Translations under genes and position numbers: made by a program | In this document: positions 13,415 to 21,477 of the stretch, one piece after another | How the letters are laid out: each line of letters begins with the position of its first letter | Numbering within the stretch: position 1 is the first letter of the stretch | Notes under the pieces: model-generated | Told to the model about the DNA's origin: nothing | The model's database searches: none | What the model saw: the letters and a program-made list of their open reading frames with translations, nothing else | Assembly: GCF_000025685.1 (NCBI RefSeq) | Contig: NC_013967.1 | Location: 2,160,001-2,192,000, forward strand | Origin: Haloferax volcanii DS2 | GTDB taxonomy: Archaea; Halobacteriota; Halobacteria; Halobacteriales; Haloferacaceae | Reading direction: 5' to 3' | DNA length: 32,000 nucleotides

Positions 13415-15315
13415 GAAAGCAGTTCCGCGACCTCGCCTCCCCCGAGGACGCCCGCGAGGCCATCGCGTCGCTCGACCTGACGCCCGACGCCGAGACCGTG
13501 GCGCTCGACGACGCCCGCGGCCGCGTCCTCGCCGAGCGCATCGACGCCGAACTCGACGTGCCCGGCTTCGACCGCGCGAGCATGGACGGCTACGCGGTCC
13601 GCGCCCGCGACACCTTCGGCGCGGACGAGGCCGACCCGGTCGAACTCGACCTCGCCGGAGCGGTCCACGCCGGCAACGAACCGGACGTGGCGGTCGACCC
13701 CGGGACCGCCGTCGAAATCTCCACCGGCGCGGTGATGCCGCCGGGCGCGGACGCCGTCGTCATCGTGGAACGAACCGAGGAGCGAGACGGCTCGCTCGTC
13801 GTCTACTCGTCGGTCGCCCCCGGCGACAGCGTGATGCCCGCCGGGACCGACACCGCCGCCGGCGCGCGCGCCCTCGGCCCCGGGACGCGCCTGACGCCCC
13901 GCGAAATCGGCCTGCTGTCGGCGCTCGGCGTCGACGAGGTTCCGGTCCGCGGGAAGCCCACCGTGGGCATCGTCTCGACCGGCGACGAACTCGTCCGGCC
14001 GGGCGACGAACTACGCCCCGAGGCGGGCGAAATCTACGACGTGAACTCCTACACCATCGCCGCGGGGGTCGAGGAGGCCGGCGGCGTGCCGAAGCTCTAC
14101 CCCCACGCGGGCGACGACTACGAGGAGATGGAGCGCCTGCTTCGGCGGGCGGCCGACGAGTGCGACCTCGTGCTCTCGTCTGGCTCCACGTCCGCGAGCG
14201 CGGTCGACGTCATCTACCGTGTGGTCGAAGAGCGCGGCGAACTCCTGCTGCACGGCGTCTCCGTCAAACCCGGCAAACCCATGCTCGTCGGCACGCTCGG
14301 GGAGGGGAGCGCCTACATCGGCCTGCCGGGCTACCCGGTGTCGGCCCTCACCATCTTCCGGACGTTCGTCGCGCCGGCGGTCCGCGACGCCGCGGGCCTC
14401 CCGGAGCCCCGGACCGCGACGGTCGAGGGGACGATGGCCGCCCGCGAGCGGTACGCCGAGGGCCGGACGCGGCTCATGCCCGTCGGACTCGTCGCCGACG
14501 GCGACGGAGAGACGCTCGTCTACCCCGTCGACAAGGGGTCCGGCGCGACGACGAGCCTCGTCGAGGCCGACGGCGTCGTCGAGGTTTCGGCCGACGTGGA
14601 GTACCTCGCGGAAGGCGAGTCGGTGACGGTCCACCTGTTCTCGCCCGACGTTCGCGCGCCGGCACTGCTCGGCGTCGGCGAGGACGACCCCGCGCTCTCG
14701 CGCGTCCTCGACCGCGTGTCGTCGCCGCGGTATCTCCCGTTCGGCTCCCGCGAGGGCCTGCGACGGCTCCGAGACGGTATCTCGGACGTGGCCGTCGTCG
14801 CGGGCGACCGGGGCGACGCCATCGACGACATCGACGCGGTCGAACTCGGCTCGTGGACCCGCGAGTGGGGCCTCGTCGTCCCCGCCGGCAACCCCGACGG
14901 CGTGTCCGGCCTCGCGGACCTCGTGGACGACGACCTCCGCTTTATCAACCGGGATTCGAACTCCGGCCTGCGGACCGACCTCGGAAACGCGGTCGCCGCC
15001 CTCGCCGACGAGCGCGGGACGACCCGCCACGAACTCGTGGAGTCAATCGAAGGGTTCGACCGCGGGACGAAGGCGTTCGAGAGCCCGGCGCGGGCGGTCG
15101 CCGCCGGCCGCGCCGACGCGGGACTCGGCCTCCGCGCGACCGCCGACTCGCTCGGACTCGACTTCGTCTCGCTCGGGACACAGCCGGTCGCCGTCCTCGC
15201 GAATCCGGCCCGGATCGAGAAACCCGGCGTCGACTCGCTCCGCGACGCGCTCGCGGCGAGTGACGATGCCTTTGCCGACCTCTCAGGGTTCGAGAGGGGC
15301 CAAACACCCCGGTAA
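13411..15315 (+). CDS. moeA: MoeA paralog fused to a C-terminal periplasmic-binding-protein-like (PBP) domain
   Basis: The N-terminal ~410 aa are MoeA-like (PGFDRASMDGYAVRARDTFGA, HGVSVKPGKPM, LPGYPVSA). The C-terminal ~220 aa resemble a PBP-like substrate-binding domain (GSREGLRRLRDGISDVAVVAG...FINRDSNSGLR). ATG 13411 overlaps the upstream stop (ATGA). GTG 13402 is the alternative start. Confidence 0.85.
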   Translation: MRKQFRDLASPEDAREAIASLDLTPDAETVALDDARGRVLAERIDAELDVPGFDRASMDGYAVRARDTFGADEADPVELDLAGAVHAGNEPDVAVDPGTAVEISTGAVMPPGADAVVIVERTEERDGSLVVYSSVAPGDSVMPAGTDTAAGARALGPGTRLTPREIGLLSALGVDEVPVRGKPTVGIVSTGDELVRPGDELRPEAGEIYDVNSYTIAAGVEEAGGVPKLYPHAGDDYEEMERLLRRAADECDLVLSSGSTSASAVDVIYRVVEERGELLLHGVSVKPGKPMLVGTLGEGSAYIGLPGYPVSALTIFRTFVAPAVRDAAGLPEPRTATVEGTMAARERYAEGRTRLMPVGLVADGDGETLVYPVDKGSGATTSLVEADGVVEVSADVEYLAEGESVTVHLFSPDVRAPALLGVGEDDPALSRVLDRVSSPRYLPFGSREGLRRLRDGISDVAVVAGDRGDAIDDIDAVELGSWTREWGLVVPAGNPDGVSGLADLVDDDLRFINRDSNSGLRTDLGNAVAALADERGTTRHELVESIEGFDRGTKAFESPARAVAAGRADAGLGLRATADSLGLDFVSLGTQPVAVLANPARIEKPGVDSLRDALAASDDAFADLSGFERGQTPR

Positions 15316-15385
15316 CCCTTTAGAAAGTCGCCGCGAGCGGTTCAGATAGTCGCGTTCCGCTGAAGTATAAACTAAGTGGAACGTT

Positions 15386-15391
15386 TTTTAT
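15386..15391 (+). promoter_or_regulatory. TATA box TTTTAT (within TTTTTTAT), 24 nt upstream of response-regulator ATG 15416
   Basis: Plus-strand hexamer at -30..-25. The same T-run could also terminate moeA transcription. Confidence 0.5.
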
Positions 15392-15415
15392 CCACGTGGC
15401 GTGTATAACTGGTAT

Positions 15416-16162
15416 ATGAACCGCCCGCTGAAGGTCCTACACGTCGACGACGACCCCGAGATGCTCGCCCTCTCGGCCGCCGCGTTCCGCCAACTCGACG
15501 CCGTCTCCTTTCTCACCGCCGAGACGGCGACGGAGGCGCTCGACGTCATCGCCGCCGAGTCGGTCGACTGCGTCGTGAGCGACTCGCTCGTCCTCCCCAA
15601 CGGAGTGCCGCTCGTCAAGGCCGTCCGACAGGAGCACGCGGACATCCCCATCCTCCTGTTCACGGCGAAAGAATGGCCAGAGGTTGCCGATGTCGCCTCG
15701 ACCGCCGGCGTCACCGAGTACGTCCAGAAGGCCGGCCCCGGCGACCTCGCGACGGTCCTCCAGCGCGTGCGCGGCATCGTCGACGACGACAGCGCCGACT
15801 CCGCGCTCGCCGTCGGCGCCTCCGCGGTCACGCAGGCCCTCGAAGACCACGCCGACGCGGCCGCCGAGGCCACGTTCGGCCTCGACGATAACTGGGAACT
15901 CGTCGGGCAATGGTTCGGTGACGAGGAACTCGGCATCGTCATCGTGGAAGCCGTCGAGTCTTACGGCGGACTCTCGGCCATCGAGACGCCGCTGTACGAG
16001 TACATCGACACCGACGCGCTCGAAGAACTGCTCCGACCCGTCGTCGAGGACGAAGAGCGCCCCGGCGTCGAGGTCCGGTTCCCGTACGAAGACGTTCAGG
16101 TCGCCGTCACGAGCACCGGCGACATCTTCGCCCGCCCGACGCCCGAACACACGCTGTCCTGA
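15416..16162 (+). CDS. response regulator: receiver domain + HalOD1 (halobacterial output domain 1)
   Basis: Receiver features are LKVLHVDDDPEM, the VDCVVSD phospho-acceptor region and PILLFTAK. The C-terminal HalOD1-like region reads GIVIVEAVESYGGLSAIETPLYEYIDTDALEELL...VRFPYEDVQVAVTSTGDI. A TTTTAT box 24 nt upstream supports ATG 15416 over GTG 15401. Confidence 0.8.
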   Translation: MNRPLKVLHVDDDPEMLALSAAAFRQLDAVSFLTAETATEALDVIAAESVDCVVSDSLVLPNGVPLVKAVRQEHADIPILLFTAKEWPEVADVASTAGVTEYVQKAGPGDLATVLQRVRGIVDDDSADSALAVGASAVTQALEDHADAAAEATFGLDDNWELVGQWFGDEELGIVIVEAVESYGGLSAIETPLYEYIDTDALEELLRPVVEDEERPGVEVRFPYEDVQVAVTSTGDIFARPTPEHTLS

Positions 16163-16233
16163 GCGTCGACTCTTCTCGGCCGCTGTCCCCGCGATTCCCG
16201 TGGTCTCTGTCTCTGTGAGCGGAATCGGCCGAC

Positions 16234-16902
16234 CTATCCGGAGCGAACGAGGTCGTCGAAGCTCTCGACGCGGTACTCCCCGAGCACGCAGCGCCCGCGG
16301 TGTTCCGGACCGTGGCGCTCGACGTGGATGCCGTCCAAACCGGCGTTCCACGCGGCCCCGATATCGCTTTCGCCGTCGCCGGCGAGCACGCCCGCGGTGC
16401 CGCCGTCGGTCAGGAGCCGGTCGTCCAACCCCAGCCCGCCGATAGCCCGCCGCACCGGCGCGGCGTCGGGTTTCCACCCCGTCTCCTCGGTGCAGCAGAC
16501 GACGGTGTCGAACCAGTCGCGCACGTCGAGATGGTCCAACACGGGGTCGGTCAGGAACTGCTGACAGTGCGTGACGATGCCGACCGGCCGGCCGGCGGCG
16601 CGAATCTCCTCGATGAGGCGCTCGGCGTCGTCGTGGAGGTACGTCACTTCGGCTCGCTTTACGGGGTCTTCCTCGCGGTGGAACGCGGGCCAGAACTCGG
16701 CGGGGTCGATGCCCCACTCGCGGAGCATCGGGTCGCGCGCGCCGCCGAGTCCGTGCCAGATGGTCTCGGCTTCGCGGTCCGTGAACTGACGACCCAGTCG
16801 GTCACCGACGCGGTCGAACACGTCGCGCGTGTACGACCACTCGGCGTCGACGAGGGTTCCGTCGAGGTCGAACAGCCAGAAATCGTAGTCATCGGCGACC
16901 AT
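16234..16902 (-). CDS. HAD-superfamily hydrolase (subfamily IA-like)
   Basis: Motif I is FDLDGTLVD, with a Thr motif in VGIVTHC and motif IV AGDGESDIGAAWNAG. A TTTATC box sits 26 nt upstream. Confidence 0.85.
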   Translation of the reverse strand: MVADDYDFWLFDLDGTLVDAEWSYTRDVFDRVGDRLGRQFTDREAETIWHGLGGARDPMLREWGIDPAEFWPAFHREEDPVKRAEVTYLHDDAERLIEEIRAAGRPVGIVTHCQQFLTDPVLDHLDVRDWFDTVVCCTEETGWKPDAAPVRRAIGGLGLDDRLLTDGGTAGVLAGDGESDIGAAWNAGLDGIHVERHGPEHRGRCVLGEYRVESFDDLVRSG

Positions 16903-16928
16903 TCGGACAACACAGTACGTCAGGCGTG

Positions 16929-16934
16929 GATAAA
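16929..16934 (-). promoter_or_regulatory. TATA box TTTATC, 26 nt upstream of the HAD hydrolase ATG
   Basis: The minus strand reads ..gacaTTTATCcacgcc.. Confidence 0.45.
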
Positions 16935-16948
16935 TGTCTTGCCCCGCG

Positions 16949-17344
16949 TCACGAATCGCTCGATTCGACTCGAATCGCGCTCCCGAAGTACTTGTGGAGC
17001 ACCTCGCGGACCGAGTCGGCGTTGAACGCGTCGAGGTCCGCGGCGACGGCCTCGCGGAAGGCGGCCAGCGACGCCTCGTCGGTCCGGAGTTCGGAGAACG
17101 AACACGAGACGACGGGCGCGTCGAGCCACGACGACGCGAGGTCGCGAGCGTGGCGCTCGTCGTTCACCTCGACGCGCCACAGCGCGTCGCGGAACAGCAG
17201 CCAGCCCTCCTCGCCGGGCGGCGGCGGCGTGACGCGGACCGTCGTCTCGAACTCCCGCGGGTCGGTCTCGACGCCCGACGCCGCATCGAGTCGAAAGCGA
17301 ACCCGGAAGACGTAGGTGAGTCCCGCGGTCTCCCCGTCGCTCAC
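16949..17344 (-). CDS. conserved haloarchaeal hypothetical protein (contains LWR motif; possibly the 'LWR-salt' family)
   Basis: 131-aa acidic protein with an ..FRDALWRVEV.. motif. The GTG start overlaps the PCD stop (GTGA), implying co-translation. The family name is recalled from memory only. Confidence 0.55.
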   Translation of the reverse strand: MSDGETAGLTYVFRVRFRLDAASGVETDPREFETTVRVTPPPPGEEGWLLFRDALWRVEVNDERHARDLASSWLDAPVVSCSFSELRTDEASLAAFREAVAADLDAFNADSVREVLHKYFGSAIRVESSDS

Positions 17345-17616
17345 AGCTCGTCGTCGAACAGGTCAGCGAGTCGGAGGTCCTTATCCGTGATGCCGCCTTC
17401 CTCGTGGCTCGTGAGGCGGACTTCGACCTCCTGGTACCGAATCGTTATCTCGGGGTGGTGGAACTCCTCTTCGGCCACCTCGCCCACGCTGGCGGCGAAC
17501 GCCACGCCGTCGAGGTAGTCGTCGAACTCGTAGACGCGGACGATTTCGTCGCCGTCGCGTTCCCAATCCGACCCGAGCTGTGCGTCGATTTCGTCGTCCG
17601 AGAGCAGCTCTGCCAT
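17341..17616 (-). CDS. pterin-4-alpha-carbinolamine dehydratase (PCD/DCoH family)
   Basis: Contains LSDDEIDAQLGSDWERDGDEIVRVYEFDDY...EEEFHHPEITIRYQEVEVRLTSHEEGGITDKDLRLA, including the HHP catalytic motif. A CTTATC box 24 nt upstream supports ATG 17616 rather than 17637. Confidence 0.85.
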   Translation of the reverse strand: MAELLSDDEIDAQLGSDWERDGDEIVRVYEFDDYLDGVAFAASVGEVAEEEFHHPEITIRYQEVEVRLTSHEEGGITDKDLRLADLFDDEL

Positions 17617-17640
17617 GCCGAACCCGTCGGGTGGCACCCC

Positions 17641-17646
17641 GATAAG
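17641..17646 (-). promoter_or_regulatory. TATA-like box CTTATC, 24 nt upstream of PCD ATG 17616
   Basis: Minus-strand hexamer at -30..-25. Confidence 0.45.
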
Positions 17647-17661
17647 GATTCTGCCGGATTG

Positions 17662-18195
17662 TCAGGTGTCGCCCGCGCGGACGACGAACCGCGGCCCCGT
17701 CAGGAGCCGTCGTCGCTCGCGGTCGCGGCCGCGGACGACGCGTCCCGTCACCGAGACCTCGTCGCCGCGGGCGACGACCCCCGTCACTTCCTCGCCGCCG
17801 AACGCGACGTGCCCGCCCGGCGGGACGCGAACCCGAACCTCGCCGGTCGCGTCGCGGAGGACGAACGGGCGCGTCGCACGGCCGACGACCGGCCGACCGC
17901 CGTCCCCTCGTCGGCCGTCGCCGGCGCTCGCCTCGCCCCGCCAGACCTCGACCGCCGGCCCGTCGCCCGCGATGCCCGCGACCGTGCCGACGACGGTCGC
18001 CCGAGCGACGCCGTCGAGGTCGTGAACTCGTCGTTCCGGGGTCGCCCCGACGAGGCGGCGACGCGCTCGCGCCCGGAGGCGGTTCACGAGACGCCGGCCG
18101 ACGGCCGGGAACGCGCTGGCCGCGGCTCCTCGGTGGTCGGCGTCGAAACGGGAGCCACACACGAGGCTCGTCGCTTTCGGTCGGCGTGGTAACAT
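17662..18195 (-). CDS. hypothetical Arg-rich basic protein (177 aa)
   Basis: Codon third positions are mostly G/C in this frame. A canonical CTTATC box lies exactly 24 nt upstream of ATG 18195. The sequence has beta-strand-like V/G/R repeats (FVLRDATGEVRVRVPPGGHVAFGGEEVTGVVARGDEVSVTGRVV). No family recognised, and the basic composition is unusual for a halophile. Confidence 0.45.
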   Translation of the reverse strand: MLPRRPKATSLVCGSRFDADHRGAAASAFPAVGRRLVNRLRARARRRLVGATPERRVHDLDGVARATVVGTVAGIAGDGPAVEVWRGEASAGDGRRGDGGRPVVGRATRPFVLRDATGEVRVRVPPGGHVAFGGEEVTGVVARGDEVSVTGRVVRGRDRERRRLLTGPRFVVRAGDT

Positions 18196-18219
18196 CGTCG
18201 CGGAGTGGTCCCGCGTTCG

Positions 18220-18225
18220 GATAAG
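18220..18225 (-). promoter_or_regulatory. TATA-like box CTTATC, 24 nt upstream of ATG 18195 (basic hypothetical protein)
   Basis: Minus-strand hexamer at -30..-25, flanked by a direct GTTCGG repeat. Confidence 0.45.
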
Positions 18226-18256
18226 AAGGTTCGGTCGTCGGCCGCTTCGGCCGTCG

Positions 18257-19642
18257 TCAGTCGTCGGAGAGCTGTTCGAGAACGCGCCGCGGGACCTCGC
18301 CTTCGAGCGCCTCGCGGTCGAGGTCCTCCGGCGGCTCACCCGAAAACTCGATGGACGGTCCGGACGGCCCGGCCGACTCCGACGCCCCGAGGTCGCCGAA
18401 GTCGGGGTTGAACAGTTGCATGGCGGTCTGGATGGTCGTCCAGTCGTCGTCGCCGGCGGCGTCGCGGAGGCTCTTGGTCGGCGCGGCGAGGATTTGGCCG
18501 ACGAGCGCGTCCGCGAGCGACTCGACCGTCTCGCGTTGCTCGTCGGTGAGGTCGCCCTGCGATTCGAGCTTCGACAGCGCCGTCGACACCTCGCGGCGCT
18601 TGACGTGCTCTGCGGCCTCGTACATCGAACTGATGGCCTCGTCGGCGCGCTTGCGCTTGTAGGCGGCGAGCAGGCGGTCGAACTCCTCGTCTATCATCGC
18701 CTCGACCTCGCTGGCGGCGCGCTCGCGGCGCTCCGCGGTCCGGTCGGTCACCGTCTCCAAATCGTCGATGTCGTGGACGCGGACGCCGGCGAGGTCGCTG
18801 GCGTCGGGGTCGACGTCCCGCGGCTGGGCGATGTCGATGAGCATCGTCTCGCCGGCGTCGTCCAACTGGTTCGGGGTGACGACGTAGTCGGGGCTGCTCG
18901 TGGCCGTGATGACGAGGTCGGCGTCGCGGAGGCGACCGCCGAGGTCGCCCAGTCCGACGGCCTTCGAGACGCCCGGCACCTCGCGGGCGAGGTGGCGGGC
19001 GTTGGCGACCGTCCGGTTCGCGACGACGAGGTCGCCCACGTCGACCGACGCGAGCGCCTTCGTCGCGAGCGTGCCCATCTCGCCGGCCCCGACGACGAGG
19101 GCTTCGACCTCGCCGATGGGTGCGTCGAGTTCGCCCCGCGCGAGCCTGACGGCGGCGCTCCCGAGGGAGACGGCCCCCTCGTTGATGGCCGTCTCGTCGC
19201 GGGCGCGCTCGCCGACGTGGACGGCCTTCATGAGCGCGTCTTCGAGCATCGGGCCGATGGCGTCCTGTTCGCGGGCGGCCTCGATGCCGGCTTTGACCTG
19301 TCCGAGAATCTGGTCCTCGCCGAGGACGAGCGATTCGAGCCCCGACGCCACGCGCATGAGGTGGCGCAGGGTCTCTTCGTGGTCCATGTGGCGGACGCTC
19401 CCGTCTCGGACGTCGGGAGCGAAGTCGTCGAGCGCGCGGCGGCCGTCGGTCGCGTCGTCGGTGACGACGTACGCCTCGGCGCGGTTACACGTCTGAAGCG
19501 AAAAGGCCTCTGAGACGCCGTCGCGGGCGAGGAGTCGCTCGACGACCGTCTGAACGTCGTCGCTCGAAGCGGCTTCTATCTCGCGAACGCTGGCCCGGTC
19601 GTGGGCGACGCTCACACCGGAGATGACGCCCGAATCTCTCAT
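18257..19642 (-). CDS. hemA: glutamyl-tRNA reductase
   Basis: Has LQTCNRAEAYVV (catalytic Cys), the NADPH-binding VVGAGEMG, and a dimerisation helix. An acidic C-terminal extension is present. The ATG overlaps the sirC stop (ATGA). Confidence 0.92.
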   Translation of the reverse strand: MRDSGVISGVSVAHDRASVREIEAASSDDVQTVVERLLARDGVSEAFSLQTCNRAEAYVVTDDATDGRRALDDFAPDVRDGSVRHMDHEETLRHLMRVASGLESLVLGEDQILGQVKAGIEAAREQDAIGPMLEDALMKAVHVGERARDETAINEGAVSLGSAAVRLARGELDAPIGEVEALVVGAGEMGTLATKALASVDVGDLVVANRTVANARHLAREVPGVSKAVGLGDLGGRLRDADLVITATSSPDYVVTPNQLDDAGETMLIDIAQPRDVDPDASDLAGVRVHDIDDLETVTDRTAERRERAASEVEAMIDEEFDRLLAAYKRKRADEAISSMYEAAEHVKRREVSTALSKLESQGDLTDEQRETVESLADALVGQILAAPTKSLRDAAGDDDWTTIQTAMQLFNPDFGDLGASESAGPSGPSIEFSGEPPEDLDREALEGEVPRRVLEQLSDD

Positions 19643-20286
19643 GAATCACCTCGCTGTGTGTCTCGTATCACGCGCGCTGCCTCTTGGCGGGGGTTTGCGT
19701 CGCCGGTACGTAAAGCCTTCCAAACTGACGGGTTTCGCACGACCGCGCGAATCGCATCACGGCGCTCTGTTGGCGACCGGTCGGACGCCTTGAGCTCCGC
19801 GCGAAGCTCCGCGGTCAACGCGGCCATCTCGCCTGCCCCCTCCAACTCGGCTTCGACGCGCTCTCGGAGGTGCTTCGAGAGGGCGGGGCTCGCGCCGCCG
19901 GTCGTGATGGCGACCGAGACGTCGCCGTCCTCGACGGTCGCCGGGACGACCACGCTCCCCGCGTCGCGCTCGCCGCTCCGGTCGGCTCGGTTGACCAGCG
20001 CGCCGGCGTCTCGGGCCGCCGCGACGACGGCGTCGTTCACCGCGTCGTCGTCGGTCGCCGCGACGACGAGCGCCGGGGCGAACCGTTCGACCCAGTCGGG
20101 AACCTCGTCGGGCGCGGGGGCCGCCCGAACGCGCTCCGCGTCGCCGAAGTCGCGGTCGGCGAACTCGGGACTGACGACGACGGTCCGCGCCTCGCGGGCG
20201 AACCGGTGGGCCTTCCGCGCGCCGACGGGGCCCCCGCCGAAGACGACGACCGTCTCGTCGGAGAGGTCGTGGACAAGCGGAATCAT
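19639..20286 (-). CDS. sirC: precorrin-2 dehydrogenase / sirohydrochlorin ferrochelatase (SirC/Met8-like, siroheme synthase N-domain)
   Basis: Has the Rossmann motif VVVFGGGPVGARKA, VVAATDDDAVNDAV and ITTGGASPALSKHLR. The length is 215 aa. Confidence 0.85.
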   Translation of the reverse strand: MIPLVHDLSDETVVVFGGGPVGARKAHRFAREARTVVVSPEFADRDFGDAERVRAAPAPDEVPDWVERFAPALVVAATDDDAVNDAVVAAARDAGALVNRADRSGERDAGSVVVPATVEDGDVSVAITTGGASPALSKHLRERVEAELEGAGEMAALTAELRAELKASDRSPTERRDAIRAVVRNPSVWKALRTGDANPRQEAARVIRDTQRGDS

Positions 20287-20287
20287 C

Positions 20288-21349
20288 TCACTCCGTGTTC
20301 GCCTCGGCTCGTTCGTCCAGCCTGATTCCCGTCTTCTTCAGGATGCGCGTCGAGAACAGGGTGTCCCAGTCGTCGTCGCCCACGTCCCAGTAGTCGCTCA
20401 TGACCTCGCGCACCTGCTCGATGCGGGCCTCGCTCTCTTCTTCGGAGCGGCCGTGGGTCATCGCGAAGAAGTTGTACGGCCAGACGCCCTCGTGTCGCGG
20501 CCGGCGGTAACAGTGGGTGACGAAGTCCAGCGAGGCGATTTCGGGGCCGACCTCCGCAACGAGGTCGTCGGGGACGTTCCAGACGGTCATCCCGTTTTCC
20601 GAGTAGCCGAGCGCGTAGTGGTTCGGAATGACGCCGACGCGGCGGACCTTCCCCTCAAGATTGAACCGCTTGACCGTCTCGACCACCCACGCCGGCTCCT
20701 GTCCGATTGCCTCTGCCACGTCGGCGTAGGGCGTCTCGGTAATCGGCAGGCCGCCCTGAATCTCCATGACGAGGTCGCGCTCGTCGGGCGTCAGGGTGCG
20801 CGCGTCCGTCGGCTCCACGTCGGGGCCGAGGTGCGAGAGGTCGAGGTCGCCGTCCGAGATGGGTCCGTCGAGGAGGAACTTCGCGCCGACGTGGAACTCG
20901 TGGCGCTTGGGCATGTTGTACGTCGCTTGGCCCGTCTCGTCCTCGATGTCACCGAGCACCTCCTCGACCCGCGACTCGTCGGCGACCGAGACGACGAACC
21001 ACATGTTCAGGTGGGGATGCTCGCGCTCGTAGTTGTGCGCGACCTCGCGGTGGTCGTTCACCTGCTCGGCCACCTCGTCGAATCGCTCGGGCGGCGCGTG
21101 CATGGCGACGAGCGTCGCCGTGCCGCCGATTTCCTCGGCGTTGACGAGCGCGCCGAACCGCGAGAGAACGCCCTCCTCGTCGAGCGTCCGCACCCGCTCG
21201 CAGAGGTCGGCCGCCGACACGTCCACCCCGCGCTCGCGGAGCGCGGCCGCCGCTGGCTCGAAGGGACGTTCGACGACGGGGAAGCCGCCCTGGAAGGCGT
21301 TGACGATGGCGCGGTCGAGACGAGAGAGGTCCGCGTCCGCCTGTATCAT
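20288..21349 (-). CDS. ahbA: siroheme decarboxylase, fused AhbA/AhbB-type (two Lrp/AsnC-like NirDL modules)
   Basis: There are two tandem modules: LDRAIVNAFQGGFPVVERPFEPAA...GVLSRFGALVN and DERDLVMEIQGGLPITETPYADVA...GKVRRVGVIPN. Each is followed by a ligand-domain half (EVAHNYEREH.. / FVTHCYRRP..). A TTTATC box 24 nt upstream supports ATG 21349. Confidence 0.8.
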   Translation of the reverse strand: MIQADADLSRLDRAIVNAFQGGFPVVERPFEPAAAALRERGVDVSAADLCERVRTLDEEGVLSRFGALVNAEEIGGTATLVAMHAPPERFDEVAEQVNDHREVAHNYEREHPHLNMWFVVSVADESRVEEVLGDIEDETGQATYNMPKRHEFHVGAKFLLDGPISDGDLDLSHLGPDVEPTDARTLTPDERDLVMEIQGGLPITETPYADVAEAIGQEPAWVVETVKRFNLEGKVRRVGVIPNHYALGYSENGMTVWNVPDDLVAEVGPEIASLDFVTHCYRRPRHEGVWPYNFFAMTHGRSEEESEARIEQVREVMSDYWDVGDDDWDTLFSTRILKKTGIRLDERAEANTE

Positions 21350-21365
21350 GGGCGTCACTCGGGAT

Positions 21366-21387
21366 GCGAGGCGGATAAACGCCTCGC
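21366..21387 (-). promoter_or_regulatory. TATA box TTTATC (21374-21379) of the ahbAB-sirC-hemA operon embedded in a perfect 8+8-bp palindrome
   Basis: The plus strand reads GCGAGGCG-GATAAA-CGCCTCGC. The arms are exact reverse complements. The TATA lies 24 nt upstream of ATG 21349. Confidence 0.55.
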
Positions 21388-21477
21388 TTGTTCTCACCGC
21401 GGCGAACAGACCCGAACGCCCGGCGAGCCGTCCGTGAACGCTCGACGCGGGCGGCGCGAGCGCCCGGCCCGTGGGGT

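Noticed and set aside
14011-15263. ORFs 14011..15030 (-) and 14160..15263 (+), 339 and 367 aa
   Set aside because: They are alternative-frame or antisense products of the MoeA-PBP gene. They are extremely Arg/Pro/Gly-rich and incompatible with a halophile proteome.
15437-16717. 426-aa minus-strand ORF spanning the response regulator and HAD loci
   Set aside because: It is antisense to the receiver-HalOD1 gene and out of frame with the HAD gene. It is an Arg-rich shadow ORF.
18416-19513. 365-aa plus-strand ORF
   Set aside because: It is antisense to hemA, and it is hemA that carries the TCNRAE and GAGEMG signatures.
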